A model generated the notes under the pieces. It worked only from the letters and a program-made list of their open reading frames with translations, searched no databases and had not been told where the DNA came from. Below, one piece after another: positions 28,426 to 38,616 of a stretch of 64,000 nt of DNA; positions within the stretch are counted from its first letter, which is position 1, and every line of letters starts with the position of its first letter. The DNA comes from an uncultured Methanosarcinales archaeon (GTDB taxonomy: Archaea; Nanobdellota; Nanobdellia; Woesearchaeales; GW2011-AR15), in the NCBI GenBank assembly GCA_964512765.1, contig CAZEKF010000006.1, positions 2,747 to 66,746 of the forward strand, read 5' to 3'. The translations under genes were made by a program, and so were the position numbers.

Positions 28426-29494
28426 ATAACAAATAATCTGTAAATTCTGAAAACGTTTGTTTGTATTGTATAGAAATGTTAAGTTTTCTAAGTAATTCTT
28501 TTGCCTGATTATTTTTATGTGATGCTAATTTCTGACAATATTTAACAGCGCCTGTTGAATGCATTATTTCAGTTATTTTTTTTATTTCTGACTGACTAAT
28601 TTCAGGATTACTATACGTTTTTTTTATTATGTTCTTTTGTTCATCATTAGCTAATTCTAATGTTTTTATCATTAACAATGTTTTTTTTCCATTCTTAATG
28701 TCAGAACCTTGTTCATGATCTTTGTCATCTGAAATGTCAAGTAAGTCGTCTTGTATCTGAAAACTAAACGCTGAATTAACACCAAACTCTTTCAAAATGT
28801 GTGTTGTATGCTCATCTATATTAGCAAATAATGCTCCTAGTTCAAAACATAATCCAACTAAAACACATGTCTTTAGTTTAATCATATCAAGATATTGTTG
28901 TTCAGTAATGTTTGTTTGATGTTCATACAATAAATCTAACATTTGGCCGTGATATATTTTTTGATCAACATTTCCAACTAAGTTCAATGCTTTATTTTTC
29001 AACTCATCAGAAAAACCGCTTTCTAACACTGCTTTTTTGCTTAATATGTTAGTTAGATTTCCTAACATTATAGCAAAACTTACTGCAAACTTTGATGATG
29101 TTTTATTGAATAAAGGTCCGTTGTAATTTTTCTCTGAAAAATTACTCAGAAAATGATCTTTTAATTTTTTATACACTGTTGGTTTGTTTCGACGAAAATC
29201 GTCCTCATCCATTATGTCATCTAAAATCAAGGAATATGTGTGTAAAAGTTCAACTGACATAGCAATTGGATAGATTTTTCTTTCATCTTTCCCATTTGAA
29301 GCAAGGTAACTTAATATGACACAAGTAGGACGTATTCTTTTTCCATTGTTAAGTGTGTACTCTTTTATTAGTTCGTAACAGGATTTAACAAAAGGTTCAG
29401 AAACTTTTAGTTGATTAATTTGTTTATCTAAGAATAGTTCAAGTTCTTTGTTAATGATCACTTGATATTTTTTTAACTGTTCTTGAAAATTCAT
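28412..29494 (-). CDS. Polyprenyl (geranylgeranyl) diphosphate synthase
   Basis: First Asp-rich motif LILDDIMDED and second, FQIQDDLLD. Confidence 0.85.
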   Translation of the reverse strand: MNFQEQLKKYQVIINKELELFLDKQINQLKVSEPFVKSCYELIKEYTLNNGKRIRPTCVILSYLASNGKDERKIYPIAMSVELLHTYSLILDDIMDEDDFRRNKPTVYKKLKDHFLSNFSEKNYNGPLFNKTSSKFAVSFAIMLGNLTNILSKKAVLESGFSDELKNKALNLVGNVDQKIYHGQMLDLLYEHQTNITEQQYLDMIKLKTCVLVGLCFELGALFANIDEHTTHILKEFGVNSAFSFQIQDDLLDISDDKDHEQGSDIKNGKKTLLMIKTLELANDEQKNIIKKTYSNPEISQSEIKKITEIMHSTGAVKYCQKLASHKNNQAKELLRKLNISIQYKQTFSEFTDYLLSRKT

Positions 29495-30015
29495 TCTAGA
29501 TCATACGTTTCTTTGTTAATAAATTTTACAAGTGCAAGGATTGTAGATTTTTCTAAAAATTTTGTTCTGGTTATTTGATCATGTGTTACCAACCCAACAG
29601 CGCCTTGTTTTTTGTTAATATGTTCAATATTAGTTAATTCTGATAATAAAGGGCCAAGTTCTTCTCCTTTTCTTAATTTATCTGCAACGTTTTCAGGGAG
29701 CAGAAACCTACCTGAACAGGCTAATCCAAGATTCTTATTTTTGTCTAAAACAGCTGCCCAGCCAAACAAAAACATGCCATGTTCACTGTCTTGCGCTCCT
29801 CCTTCTAACCCAACAAAATAATCATATCCTTCTTGATAAATGTTATTAGCTCTGTTGATAGCGCCTTGGATTGCTTCTTTATCTGTTAACGGCATATCGC
29901 TTACTTCTGAATTTCCGTTAACAGCTTCAACTTCAACATCATCAAAATATCTTGAAAACGCTTGTTTGACAGCGTTTTCTTTTACTGGATTTTTACTTCC
30001 TACTTTTATTTTCAT
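29491..30015 (-). CDS. Inosine/xanthosine triphosphatase-like NTPase (YjjX family)
   Basis: MKIKVGSKNPVKENAVKQAF...SDMPL. I place the start at the ATG that forms an ATGA overlap with the mvk stop. Confidence 0.65.
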   Translation of the reverse strand: MKIKVGSKNPVKENAVKQAFSRYFDDVEVEAVNGNSEVSDMPLTDKEAIQGAINRANNIYQEGYDYFVGLEGGAQDSEHGMFLFGWAAVLDKNKNLGLACSGRFLLPENVADKLRKGEELGPLLSELTNIEHINKKQGAVGLVTHDQITRTKFLEKSTILALVKFINKETYDLE

Positions 30016-30902
30016 CTGACCTCTGTACACATAACTTCATTTGACAGTACTTTTAATTCATTAATAACAGTATCTTTATTCTCATTATCAACAAGAGCTA
30101 TTATATTACCTCCTTTACCCGCACCAGCTAACTTTGCGCCGTACGCGTTGTTCTGTAACGATATTTCTATTAACAAATCAAGTTTTTCAGATGATACGCC
30201 CATTTCTTTTAATAATTCATGGTTCTTTGTCATTAATTTTCCAAGTTCAGTTAAATTTCCTTGTTCTAGTTGTTGTTTTGCTTTTTTTACTATCTTTCCA
30301 ATATCTTCAAAGATTATTGAATATTTTAATTGATTTTTTTCATACTTTTCTCTTACTTCAGAAACAACTTGTTTTGTAGAAGGTCTACCACCTGTGCTTG
30401 CTATCACAATAAACATTGGTTTTCTTAGTTTAATAAAATCAAGATCTGGTTTTTGAAAATATACTGGTTTTTCATATGCAACAACATTATTATCTATACC
30501 GCTTGGTTTGCCGTGAAATATTTTTTCACATTCATAACCAATAAGGGATATTTTTTTCAATGAAAATTTTAAGTAATAGTGTTGGTTAAGTGCTTTAATA
30601 ATTGCAATTGATAACGACGCACTACTTCCTAATCCTGATGATATGGGTAAAGTAGATTCAATGTTAATATGAACATTATTAGATATTTTTAATTTTAAAA
30701 AAATTAAATTTAATAGTTGTTCTAACCTTGTTTTTTCATGCTCATGCAACACTCTATCTACCGAGTAACTAAACGTGTCAGATTTTCTAATACTTATTTT
30801 TGTATAGAGATCTAAAACAGGTAGTGCAATGCCTGGCTGGCCGTACACAACAGCGTGTTCGCCAAACATTATTATTTTCCCGCATGCTTTTACAAAACTC
30901 AT
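30012..30902 (-). CDS. mvk: Mevalonate kinase
   Basis: GKIIMFGEHAVVYG, GHMP motif PISSGLGSSASLSIAI, and C-terminal KLAGAGKGGNIIAL. Confidence 0.9.
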   Translation of the reverse strand: MSFVKACGKIIMFGEHAVVYGQPGIALPVLDLYTKISIRKSDTFSYSVDRVLHEHEKTRLEQLLNLIFLKLKISNNVHINIESTLPISSGLGSSASLSIAIIKALNQHYYLKFSLKKISLIGYECEKIFHGKPSGIDNNVVAYEKPVYFQKPDLDFIKLRKPMFIVIASTGGRPSTKQVVSEVREKYEKNQLKYSIIFEDIGKIVKKAKQQLEQGNLTELGKLMTKNHELLKEMGVSSEKLDLLIEISLQNNAYGAKLAGAGKGGNIIALVDNENKDTVINELKVLSNEVMCTEVR

Positions 30903-30905
30903 TTT

Positions 30906-31631
30906 TTATTTTATTTCAATCTCAGAATATACACCGTAATGGTCTGACATTAAAGGTTTTTTAATAGCCATTGACCTGAACAGGATTTTTTTATTAGTAG
31001 GATTTCTTACAAGGATATAATCCAATTTTTTATCAGTTGTAACATTTCTATCCCACCATTTTCTTACATAATGGTTCACGTATGCAAATGTATTATTTAT
31101 ATCTTCAACAAACGAGAAAAAATTTTTGTTGGCTTTGTTAAAGTCATTTAGTCTCATATTAAGATCCGCAGAAACAAAACATATTTTTCTAGGATCAATT
31201 GTTTTTTTTAAGTGATTCAAATCACTAACTGTTATTTTCAAATTCCATCCTTCAGGGTATAATATTGTGTTATAAACTGAATAATCTTTAAATTCTGTTA
31301 TTAAAACACCGCGTTGGCTTAACTTAATTTTGAAGTCACTGTTTTTATGTTTTTTATAACTAACAAATTTGGTTTTTACAACTTTTTTCTTAGAAAGTGT
31401 AACTAATCCAGATCTGTTCAGAACTTTTGAATTTGGAGCGTAAACATAATAGTCTGGAAATTCTGAGTTAAGTGTTTCCATTTCCTTTTTTCTACTAAAT
31501 TCTTGTAACGTTACAATGTCTGGTTGCAATGATTTGATAGTTAGAATTAATTTCTTAAACCTTGATTTTCTTTCAGTTGCATATGGAAACGGTACAAGCC
31601 ACGCATTTAAATTAAATATTTTTAATATCAT
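30906..31631 (-). CDS. Endonuclease/exonuclease/phosphatase (EEP) family protein
   Basis: DIVTLQEF near the N-terminus and SDHYGV near the C-terminus. I moved the start to the ATG just after the hmgA stop. Confidence 0.65.
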   Translation of the reverse strand: MILKIFNLNAWLVPFPYATERKSRFKKLILTIKSLQPDIVTLQEFSRKKEMETLNSEFPDYYVYAPNSKVLNRSGLVTLSKKKVVKTKFVSYKKHKNSDFKIKLSQRGVLITEFKDYSVYNTILYPEGWNLKITVSDLNHLKKTIDPRKICFVSADLNMRLNDFNKANKNFFSFVEDINNTFAYVNHYVRKWWDRNVTTDKKLDYILVRNPTNKKILFRSMAIKKPLMSDHYGVYSEIEIK

Positions 31632-31632
31632 C

Positions 31633-32856
31633 TTACCTATTATGTAGTTGATGTGCACTTGATAAATCTTTTGTACATAACGCAGCTAATAAAGAAATTT
31701 CGCCTGCTAAAACCGCAGTTGCAATGATTTCTGCTAATTTATTAGCATTACTACCTGGTGGATTACCTGCTCCTTGACAATCCAGTATTTTTAAACATTC
31801 TATTTGTGTTGGTAATCCTGTACCACCACCAACTGTGCCAACATGTAAATCAGGTAATGTAACTGTAAAGTTTATTCCATTAGCAGCTTTTTCAACAGTT
31901 GTAAAACCTAATGAACCATTTACGGTGTGAGCAATGTCCTGGCCAGTTGCGAGAAACATTGCTGCTATTATGTTAGCAAAATGTGCGTTATACCCTAAAC
32001 TAAAAGAAGCTGCACTTCCTAACAAATTTTTTCTATAATTTAAATCAATTAGTTTATCTGCGGTTGTTTTTAACACTTTTTCTACAACTTCATTTGGTAT
32101 GTTTACAGAAGCAATAACTTTTTTACCTCTACTTTTAATTAAATTCATTGCACTTGGTTTTTTGTCAACGCACATGTTGCCTGATTCTGAAACAAATTCT
32201 ATGTTAGGATAGTTTTTTAGAATGTAATCAGCAATTTTTTTACCTGCAATAGTTACCATGTTCATGCCCATTGCATCGTTTGTATTTGCTTTAATTCTTA
32301 ACCAAATGTTTAAACCTACATTGTATGATTCTATATTCAATATTTCTAAAAACCTTTCATTCTCTTCCCCTATTTTTTTTAATAACTGGAAATTGTTTTT
32401 TACCCATTGACTGAAATTTTTAATTTCTTTAACAGAACTTACTTTGAATAAAATTGACCTAGTTTGTGCATTTTTTATTATAACAACTTCTGCTCTGTTT
32501 GATTTGTTAATAACAGAACAACCTCTATTAACAGAAGCTACTAAAGCACCTTCTGTTGTTGATAATGGTAAATAAAAAGAACCTTTTGCGTGTTCACCAT
32601 TAACTTTGACAGGACCTGCAATTCCTAACGGTATTTGTGTTGCACCTATCATGTTTTCAATGTTAGGTTTTGCTTGCTCTTCTTTTATTATTGTTTTTTT
32701 TATATTTTCTAGACTAATGTTCAGTTCTTTTTCAATTAATTCAACTCTTTGTTCTTTACTTAGTTCATACAATTTTGAATTTGTATCCATATTGAATAAC
32801 TCCTTTACTTCCTTTTTCTTGTATTTTTCTAAAAACCATTTCAACGTTTTTTTCAA
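31633..32856 (-). CDS. hmgA: HMG-CoA reductase, class I
   Basis: ENMIGATQIPLGIAGP, TTEGALVAS, DAMGMNMV, GTVGGGT. The start is uncertain; an alternative ATG is at 32790. Confidence 0.9.
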   Translation of the reverse strand: MKKTLKWFLEKYKKKEVKELFNMDTNSKLYELSKEQRVELIEKELNISLENIKKTIIKEEQAKPNIENMIGATQIPLGIAGPVKVNGEHAKGSFYLPLSTTEGALVASVNRGCSVINKSNRAEVVIIKNAQTRSILFKVSSVKEIKNFSQWVKNNFQLLKKIGEENERFLEILNIESYNVGLNIWLRIKANTNDAMGMNMVTIAGKKIADYILKNYPNIEFVSESGNMCVDKKPSAMNLIKSRGKKVIASVNIPNEVVEKVLKTTADKLIDLNYRKNLLGSAASFSLGYNAHFANIIAAMFLATGQDIAHTVNGSLGFTTVEKAANGINFTVTLPDLHVGTVGGGTGLPTQIECLKILDCQGAGNPPGSNANKLAEIIATAVLAGEISLLAALCTKDLSSAHQLHNR

Positions 32857-33178
32857 TTTCTACTTCATCTAATGAACAATCCACAATTTCTGTTGTTACT
32901 AATGGTCCTTCTTCTAATTTAACAATCGCTAGAATGTATGGAATGTTCCTAGCTGGTTTTTCTATTATCTCGCCTTCAGGATCTGTCACTGGTGTTCTAA
33001 TGATTGTATAAGTAACAACATTACCTTTACCTTTAAATTTGTAATCTTCTAGTTCATGTGAACCACAGTTCTGGCACACTTCTCTATTAGGAAAATATAA
33101 TGAATCACAATCTGAACATTTTTTTCCAATAAGATTGTACTGTTCAGGTATTTTACGCCATATCTTTGGTATTGACAT
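32765..33178 (-). CDS. DUF35 OB-fold/zinc-ribbon protein (thiolase/HMG-CoA synthase complex partner)
   Basis: Zn ribbon CSDCDSLYFPNREVCQNCGS followed by an OB fold. It is positioned with the thiolase and HMGS genes, as in other archaea. Confidence 0.8.
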   Translation of the reverse strand: MSIPKIWRKIPEQYNLIGKKCSDCDSLYFPNREVCQNCGSHELEDYKFKGKGNVVTYTIIRTPVTDPEGEIIEKPARNIPYILAIVKLEEGPLVTTEIVDCSLDEVEIEKNVEMVFRKIQEKGSKGVIQYGYKFKIV

Positions 33179-33220
33179 TTTTATTGATATTTTTTTAAAT
33201 TTTTTTTAAATTTTTTTTTA

Positions 33221-33240
33221 TTGAGGGGAATTCCCCTCAA
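33221..33240. repeat. Perfect 20-nt palindrome TTGAGGGGAATTCCCCTCAA between the thiolase and DUF35 genes
   Basis: Read directly from the sequence. G4/C4 arms stand out in a spacer otherwise made of T-runs (TTTTTTTAAA repeats at 33191-33220). Confidence 0.6.
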
Positions 33241-33250
33241 ACTCCCCTTT

Positions 33251-34405
33251 TTATCTTTTGAATATATGAACGACTGCTGTTCCTCCAGATCCTCCTACGT
33301 TATGCGTTAGTGCAGTTTCTGCGCCTGTGTTTCTTTTGCCAGCATCTCCTCTTAACTGTAACACAGCTTCAATTGCCTGTGCAACACCACTAGCACCTAT
33401 TGGGTGTCCTTTAGCTTTCAAACCTCCTGATGTGTTAATTGGTAGTTTACTTCCTAATTGTGTTTGTCCATCTTCTGTGAATTTTCCTGATTCACCTTTT
33501 TTAACAAAACCAAGGTCTTCTAATGCTAATAGTTCAGCGATTGTAAAACAATCATGAACTTCTGCTACTTGAACTTCTTTAGGAAAAGTTTTAGCTTGAT
33601 TATAAGCTTGTTTTGCAGCTTCAACTGTTGCTTTTATTGTTAACAAATCATCTCTATCATGCAAACTGATAGTGTCTGTTGCGTGACCACTCCCTGATAT
33701 CCAGACAGGAGTATCACATAATTGTTTAGCTTTGTCTTCACTTGCTATAACTAAAGCAGCTGCACCGTCTGAGATTGGGCTTGCATCTAACAATTTGATT
33801 GGGTCAGCAATCATTGGACTGTTCATAATATCATTAACTGTAAACTCTTTATGAAATTGTGCAGTTGGATTAAGCAACGCATTCTTATGATTTTTCACAG
33901 ATACTTGAGCCAATTGTTCTTCAGTTGTGTTATATTTATGCATGTGTAGTTTTGCCATTAACGCGTACAGTCCAGGAAAGGTTGCACCAAACAATGCTTC
34001 TCGATCAGTATCAGCTGCAGTTGCCAATGCTTTTGTTGTTGAATAAGCGCCAATGTCTGTCATTTTTTCAACACCGCCTACAACTGCAATATCATGCAAC
34101 CCAGACGCAACGTCAATGTACGCTTGCCTCAGCGCTAATCCTCCTGATGCACACGCAGCTTCGACTCTTACACTTGGTATGTTTTTAAAACCTAGATAAT
34201 CAGGTATCATGCTTCCTAAATGTTCCTGATTTATGAATAAGCCACCTGACATTGTACCTCCGTATAACACTTCAACATCTTTTTTACTTATTCCAGCGTC
34301 TCTTATTGCTTTAACACCTGCTTCAACTGATAAACTAGTCAGCTCTCTATCAAATAATTGACCGAACTTGGTCATCCCTACTCCAATAACAGCTACTTTT
34401 TTCAT
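33251..34405 (-). CDS. Acetyl-CoA acetyltransferase (thiolase)
   Basis: Active-site Cys context VEAACASGG, and C-terminal [17 protein letters not shown] and HNVGGSGG. Confidence 0.9.
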   Translation of the reverse strand: MKKVAVIGVGMTKFGQLFDRELTSLSVEAGVKAIRDAGISKKDVEVLYGGTMSGGLFINQEHLGSMIPDYLGFKNIPSVRVEAACASGGLALRQAYIDVASGLHDIAVVGGVEKMTDIGAYSTTKALATAADTDREALFGATFPGLYALMAKLHMHKYNTTEEQLAQVSVKNHKNALLNPTAQFHKEFTVNDIMNSPMIADPIKLLDASPISDGAAALVIASEDKAKQLCDTPVWISGSGHATDTISLHDRDDLLTIKATVEAAKQAYNQAKTFPKEVQVAEVHDCFTIAELLALEDLGFVKKGESGKFTEDGQTQLGSKLPINTSGGLKAKGHPIGASGVAQAIEAVLQLRGDAGKRNTGAETALTHNVGGSGGTAVVHIFKR

Positions 34406-35421
34406 TGTTTTGTAAATTTGAGATATGTTGGATAATCAATGTTTGTTTTGTTTTGAATATATGATTTTACAGTTTTTGTTTTGTTTTGAACATTAGTTAT
34501 TTCATCAGTAATTGTAATGTCAAAACTATCACTACCTGCTCCACTACCGTATGAAGTTAATAATATCCTTTGACCTGGTTTTGCAATGTCTAATACATTT
34601 GCCAAGCCTAATATTGAAGACGCAGAGTATGTGTTACCTATTTTATCAACTAATATTCCTGGTTCTAATTGTTCTTTTGTAAAACCTAATCTTTTAGCAG
34701 CTCTTCTTGGAAATTTGCCATTTGGCTGATGAAATATGACATAATCATAATTACTTGGTTTTGAATTAGTTTTTTCCATTAATAATTTAGTTGCATTGAT
34801 TGTATGTTTATAATACGCTGGTTCTCCTGTGAAACTTCCTGCATGGTTTGGATATTTTTGTTTATTTCTTCTCCAGAAGTCTGGTGTGTCAGACGTGAAC
34901 GAGATAGTTTTATTAATTTCAGCAACAACTTTTTCATTACCTACAATAAAAACTGCACCACCTGCTGCAGCTGTGTATTCTAACGCATCACCCGGAGCTG
35001 CCTGTGCGGTGTCTGCACCGCCCGCTAACGCATATTTAACCATACCTGATTTAACCATTGCTAATGATACTTGTATTGCTGCAGTACCTGCTTTGCACGC
35101 AAATTCAAAGTCTGCTGTTGTATATTTGTTAGACATACCAATAGCTTGGGCAACTATCGTACCAGTTGGTTTAACAGCATAAGGATGACTTTCAGAACCA
35201 ATGTAAATAGCACCAATATGTTTTGGATTAATAATTAAAGACTTTCTAGCAGCTTCAACTGCAATTGTAACAGTATCTTCATCAATGCCTGGCACAGACT
35301 TCTCTTCTATAATCAAACCTTTTTTTATTTGATCAGAATTAGAACCTTGAATTTTAGCTATATCTTCAACTTTTATCCTATATTTAGGAACATAACTCCC
35401 CCAACTCACAATACCTGTCAT
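34402..35421 (-). CDS. HMG-CoA synthase (archaeal type)
   Basis: [28 protein letters not shown], and length of about 340 aa. 4-nt overlap with the thiolase gene. Confidence 0.9.
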   Translation of the reverse strand: MTGIVSWGSYVPKYRIKVEDIAKIQGSNSDQIKKGLIIEEKSVPGIDEDTVTIAVEAARKSLIINPKHIGAIYIGSESHPYAVKPTGTIVAQAIGMSNKYTTADFEFACKAGTAAIQVSLAMVKSGMVKYALAGGADTAQAAPGDALEYTAAAGGAVFIVGNEKVVAEINKTISFTSDTPDFWRRNKQKYPNHAGSFTGEPAYYKHTINATKLLMEKTNSKPSNYDYVIFHQPNGKFPRRAAKRLGFTKEQLEPGILVDKIGNTYSASSILGLANVLDIAKPGQRILLTSYGSGAGSDSFDITITDEITNVQNKTKTVKSYIQNKTNIDYPTYLKFTKQ

Positions 35422-35497
35422 TAAACCCCCTTAGTTACAGAACATAAAGTTGGTTTTTAAAAGTTGTGGAAGATAAATCTTAAGAAAAAACTCAGAA

Positions 35498-36175
35498 TCA
35501 ATTTCCAAAACCAAAAAGCCTTCCAACTGCACATAGGCCTGTACAGGTATCTTCTGGCTCGTCGCATGAAGGTGGAGTCATATCTACACAAGGCCCAGGA
35601 TTATCCGGATCATTAGGGGCATAAGTTTCATCTCTGTACTGCGTAATTCCTGAACTAGGACAGGTAGTACCACAAAATAACTCTATTTCAGCATCCATAG
35701 TTGCCGAGGCACCTTCCATACCTGAAATCTTCTTACAACATACGTAATCTTCAGTAACTACTGTACTTGTCCCTGTTCCTGTAGTTCCCCCAACAGAAGG
35801 AGAACCAGCTCCACCGTAACAGCAACAAAATCCTTTTCCTTCCCCCACACAAGTAGCATCTTTATCATACCTCCAAAACTGAGCTTCTTCTGACCCTTTA
35901 CCTTCTTTACATTTATCATTCTTCGTCGTGTCAGAAGGTATAATAGTACCCTCAATAGGCATGAAAGAACATTCTTGTTCTGTCTGTGCATCAGATGCAG
36001 CATCATCTGTCAACAACACAAGATCTTCAGATAGTGAAGATGCAAAATCATTACTATCAAAACTCATTAAAATATCTGGAAAATTACCATAAATAAGTCC
36101 GCCTTTGGCAAGGGCCAGTGATGCAGTTAATAATACAAAAATTACAATTATTCCAAAATTTATTTTTCTTTTCAT
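35498..36175 (-). CDS. Secreted cysteine-rich protein, 225 aa
   Basis: Sec-type signal MKRKINFGIIVIFVLLTASLALA. Numerous Cys, including CCCYGG and CC pairs. ATGA overlap with the upstream 805-aa gene. Confidence 0.65.
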   Translation of the reverse strand: MKRKINFGIIVIFVLLTASLALAKGGLIYGNFPDILMSFDSNDFASSLSEDLVLLTDDAASDAQTEQECSFMPIEGTIIPSDTTKNDKCKEGKGSEEAQFWRYDKDATCVGEGKGFCCCYGGAGSPSVGGTTGTGTSTVVTEDYVCCKKISGMEGASATMDAEIELFCGTTCPSSGITQYRDETYAPNDPDNPGPCVDMTPPSCDEPEDTCTGLCAVGRLFGFGN

Positions 36176-38589
36176 GTTAGATCAACACAATCTTCTCCTA
36201 AGGGGTTTTTTCTACAGGCTTCGCATTTCTTAAAAATTTCATCATTTTTCTTCATAGTTGATGTAACCATCTTATTATTTACACATTTCAAATAAGGGGA
36301 AGTTTGACAAAAATAATCTCCGTTAACTGAGTCTGGACAATGACCTCCTTTTTTCAATTCAAGACAAGGTGAGCATCCGTTCATCATACTACATTCACCA
36401 CCTCCACCGGCTGGTAAATATACTAACTGTGTCCATTTGGTGTCATCAGAATAGTATGTTCCTAGTTCTTCACTAAGTCCACATCTCATACACTGAGGTT
36501 TTCCATTCAAATAAATAATCTCTTTTTTACCAACATCTTTTTTATCACATGTAAAATAACTCTGATCACCTTTTTGTAAGATTTCTCCTTTCGCTCTAAG
36601 GTTAATTTCTGCTCTACAATTAGCACAAACTTGAGTTTCATCACTTGGCTGAGTAACCACAATCCCACTAAGGAAATACACTGGATAAGATGCATCAACA
36701 TCTTCTGGAAAAGAAGTAAGTGTTGTTGGTCCTCGTTCACAAGTCCCATAATCATTAGTATACTCTATATTACTTCTAAAATAACACCCATTACCGTTAT
36801 CTAAAAATCTTAACTCATAAATTGCAGGGACACCATACAGGTCTTCATCAGGACCATCCTGAACATTTCCTTGAATACAATCCTCTGTATTATAACCAAC
36901 AATTGTTCGCTCAATCAGTTTTCCTTCTTGTGTTTTTATTAATTCATCATTGTAGTCATAAGTAAAAAGATCACTACAGGTCAAGTCAGTTGATCCACTT
37001 TCACTTTTCTTGTTTTCTCCATTGATTGGATTATTTTCATATATCCCATAATCTTCTCCATTAGCACCAATAAACGTATAGTATGTTTCATACCTATTTG
37101 GATCAATATCATAGTTATCTTCATGCATTCTCGTTAGACATTCTTGCTGGCCCATTAAAGAGTCATAACATCTCCAGTCATTATCTCCATCTTTGCCAAA
37201 ATTCAGGCAGCAACAATAAGGATTAACTAATGCTTCTTTTTTTTCCATGCCAGGTTGATTACATGCAGAACTAGATGATAAGTCGCCAAATGATAAAGTT
37301 TCACGTTCTAAATTTTGTTTTGTTTCAATAATTTTTTCTATTTCATCAATATCAAGCATTTTAACGAATTCTTTTATGGTAGGTACTATTGCTTCTCCAT
37401 CTCGTATCCAATAATCACTCGAGCCTTCACTAAGAGGAGTACAAAAATTTTGTCTCATTTCCTCTGTTGTATCAGCATTCCCAGTAGTCTTGCCAGTAAT
37501 TTTATCAATAGCAATAACTTTAGCTACTGGAATTAATGAATCTCCACCGCCAGACAGAGTAACATCTTCATTTTCCATGCAATCTTCTTCTCCTTCTTCG
37601 TCACAATAATTGGTGCTTTCTCTTTCAATAGTTGAATAAGTATACTGCTGTTCAAACAAGTAAGGTGTCAATATTGTATTAGAGATTATTGAACCGCCAG
37701 GGTTGTTTCCGCAACTAACAATCGCAAACATTGTAAAGTGCTCAACATCTGTTTTTAACAATCCTGTATCAACAACTTCTGTTGGTAAACCTTGCCATAT
37801 AATCCCGTCCCACCATCCAATAAACAAGCTTTCTTTTGTCACAAACTCTGGCAAATCCTTTGCTCTAACCTTCATCTGTAATTCCACAGGCTCACTAAAC
37901 TGCAATCCATCAGGCAATCCTTCATAAACAAGGTTACCAACTACTACAGAGTTGCTTAACCCGTCAAAGTGCACGTCTTCAACTCTTAATGAAACATCTT
38001 CAACAGGGTTACCATCTGCATCAGTTACTTTGACGCCTTTAGGAATTTTTAATGTTGCTCTTTTATCAGAACTCATAATAACAACATCTTCATTAGCAAC
38101 ACCTCCGTCCAACCGTACAACATTGATCCTAGAAAAAGTGTCTGTATAAGTATCAAAATTATATACTGTATCATCTTTTTTAATTTCAGTTGGATAGTCG
38201 ATTGTTACAATAATAGTATTTTCATTTATTTCAAGTTCTGCGCTAGCTGTTTCTTGTGTAACTTCATAACCACTTTCTATGATTGTGTTCAAATAATCGT
38301 ACATGCACATGTTAATGTAATTAACAACAGCAGTTTCATACTGATCTTTAAACGTATCAGTTATTCCGTAGTGTAAGTTAGATTGTAATATTGCTTCTTT
38401 ACTACACAACTCAAAATATTCTTGAAAATTATAGATTTGATTGCTTAAACCTGTAGCTTTTGAACCTTCCTGTTCAACAACACTTGTTTGCCTGTTAGAA
38501 ACTCTTAAAAGAAAAAAACTTAAGAGAATAACAACAATAACACCAATCAATATAAAAAACGTAACTTGACCCCTCTTACCCATATCCAT
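36172..38589 (-). CDS. Large (805 aa) secreted/surface protein with pilin-like N-terminus and Cys-rich C-terminal half
   Basis: The N-terminus MDMGKRGQVTFFILIGVIVVILL resembles an archaeal class III (prepilin-type) signal. No family recognised. Confidence 0.7.
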   Translation of the reverse strand: MDMGKRGQVTFFILIGVIVVILLSFFLLRVSNRQTSVVEQEGSKATGLSNQIYNFQEYFELCSKEAILQSNLHYGITDTFKDQYETAVVNYINMCMYDYLNTIIESGYEVTQETASAELEINENTIIVTIDYPTEIKKDDTVYNFDTYTDTFSRINVVRLDGGVANEDVVIMSSDKRATLKIPKGVKVTDADGNPVEDVSLRVEDVHFDGLSNSVVVGNLVYEGLPDGLQFSEPVELQMKVRAKDLPEFVTKESLFIGWWDGIIWQGLPTEVVDTGLLKTDVEHFTMFAIVSCGNNPGGSIISNTILTPYLFEQQYTYSTIERESTNYCDEEGEEDCMENEDVTLSGGGDSLIPVAKVIAIDKITGKTTGNADTTEEMRQNFCTPLSEGSSDYWIRDGEAIVPTIKEFVKMLDIDEIEKIIETKQNLERETLSFGDLSSSSACNQPGMEKKEALVNPYCCCLNFGKDGDNDWRCYDSLMGQQECLTRMHEDNYDIDPNRYETYYTFIGANGEDYGIYENNPINGENKKSESGSTDLTCSDLFTYDYNDELIKTQEGKLIERTIVGYNTEDCIQGNVQDGPDEDLYGVPAIYELRFLDNGNGCYFRSNIEYTNDYGTCERGPTTLTSFPEDVDASYPVYFLSGIVVTQPSDETQVCANCRAEINLRAKGEILQKGDQSYFTCDKKDVGKKEIIYLNGKPQCMRCGLSEELGTYYSDDTKWTQLVYLPAGGGGECSMMNGCSPCLELKKGGHCPDSVNGDYFCQTSPYLKCVNNKMVTSTMKKNDEIFKKCEACRKNPLGEDCVDLT

Positions 38590-38616
38590 TTTAAGAAAGA
38601 TTCTCGTATATAAACT

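Noticed and set aside
35758-36006. Same-strand alternative-frame ORFs inside the Cys-rich genes (35758..36006, 36507..36755, 43278..43511, 44181..44435).
   Set aside because: They are nested in longer ORFs that have signal peptides and coherent Cys patterns. Their products are Met/Lys/Leu-rich frame-shift shadows, and there is no evidence for programmed frameshifting.
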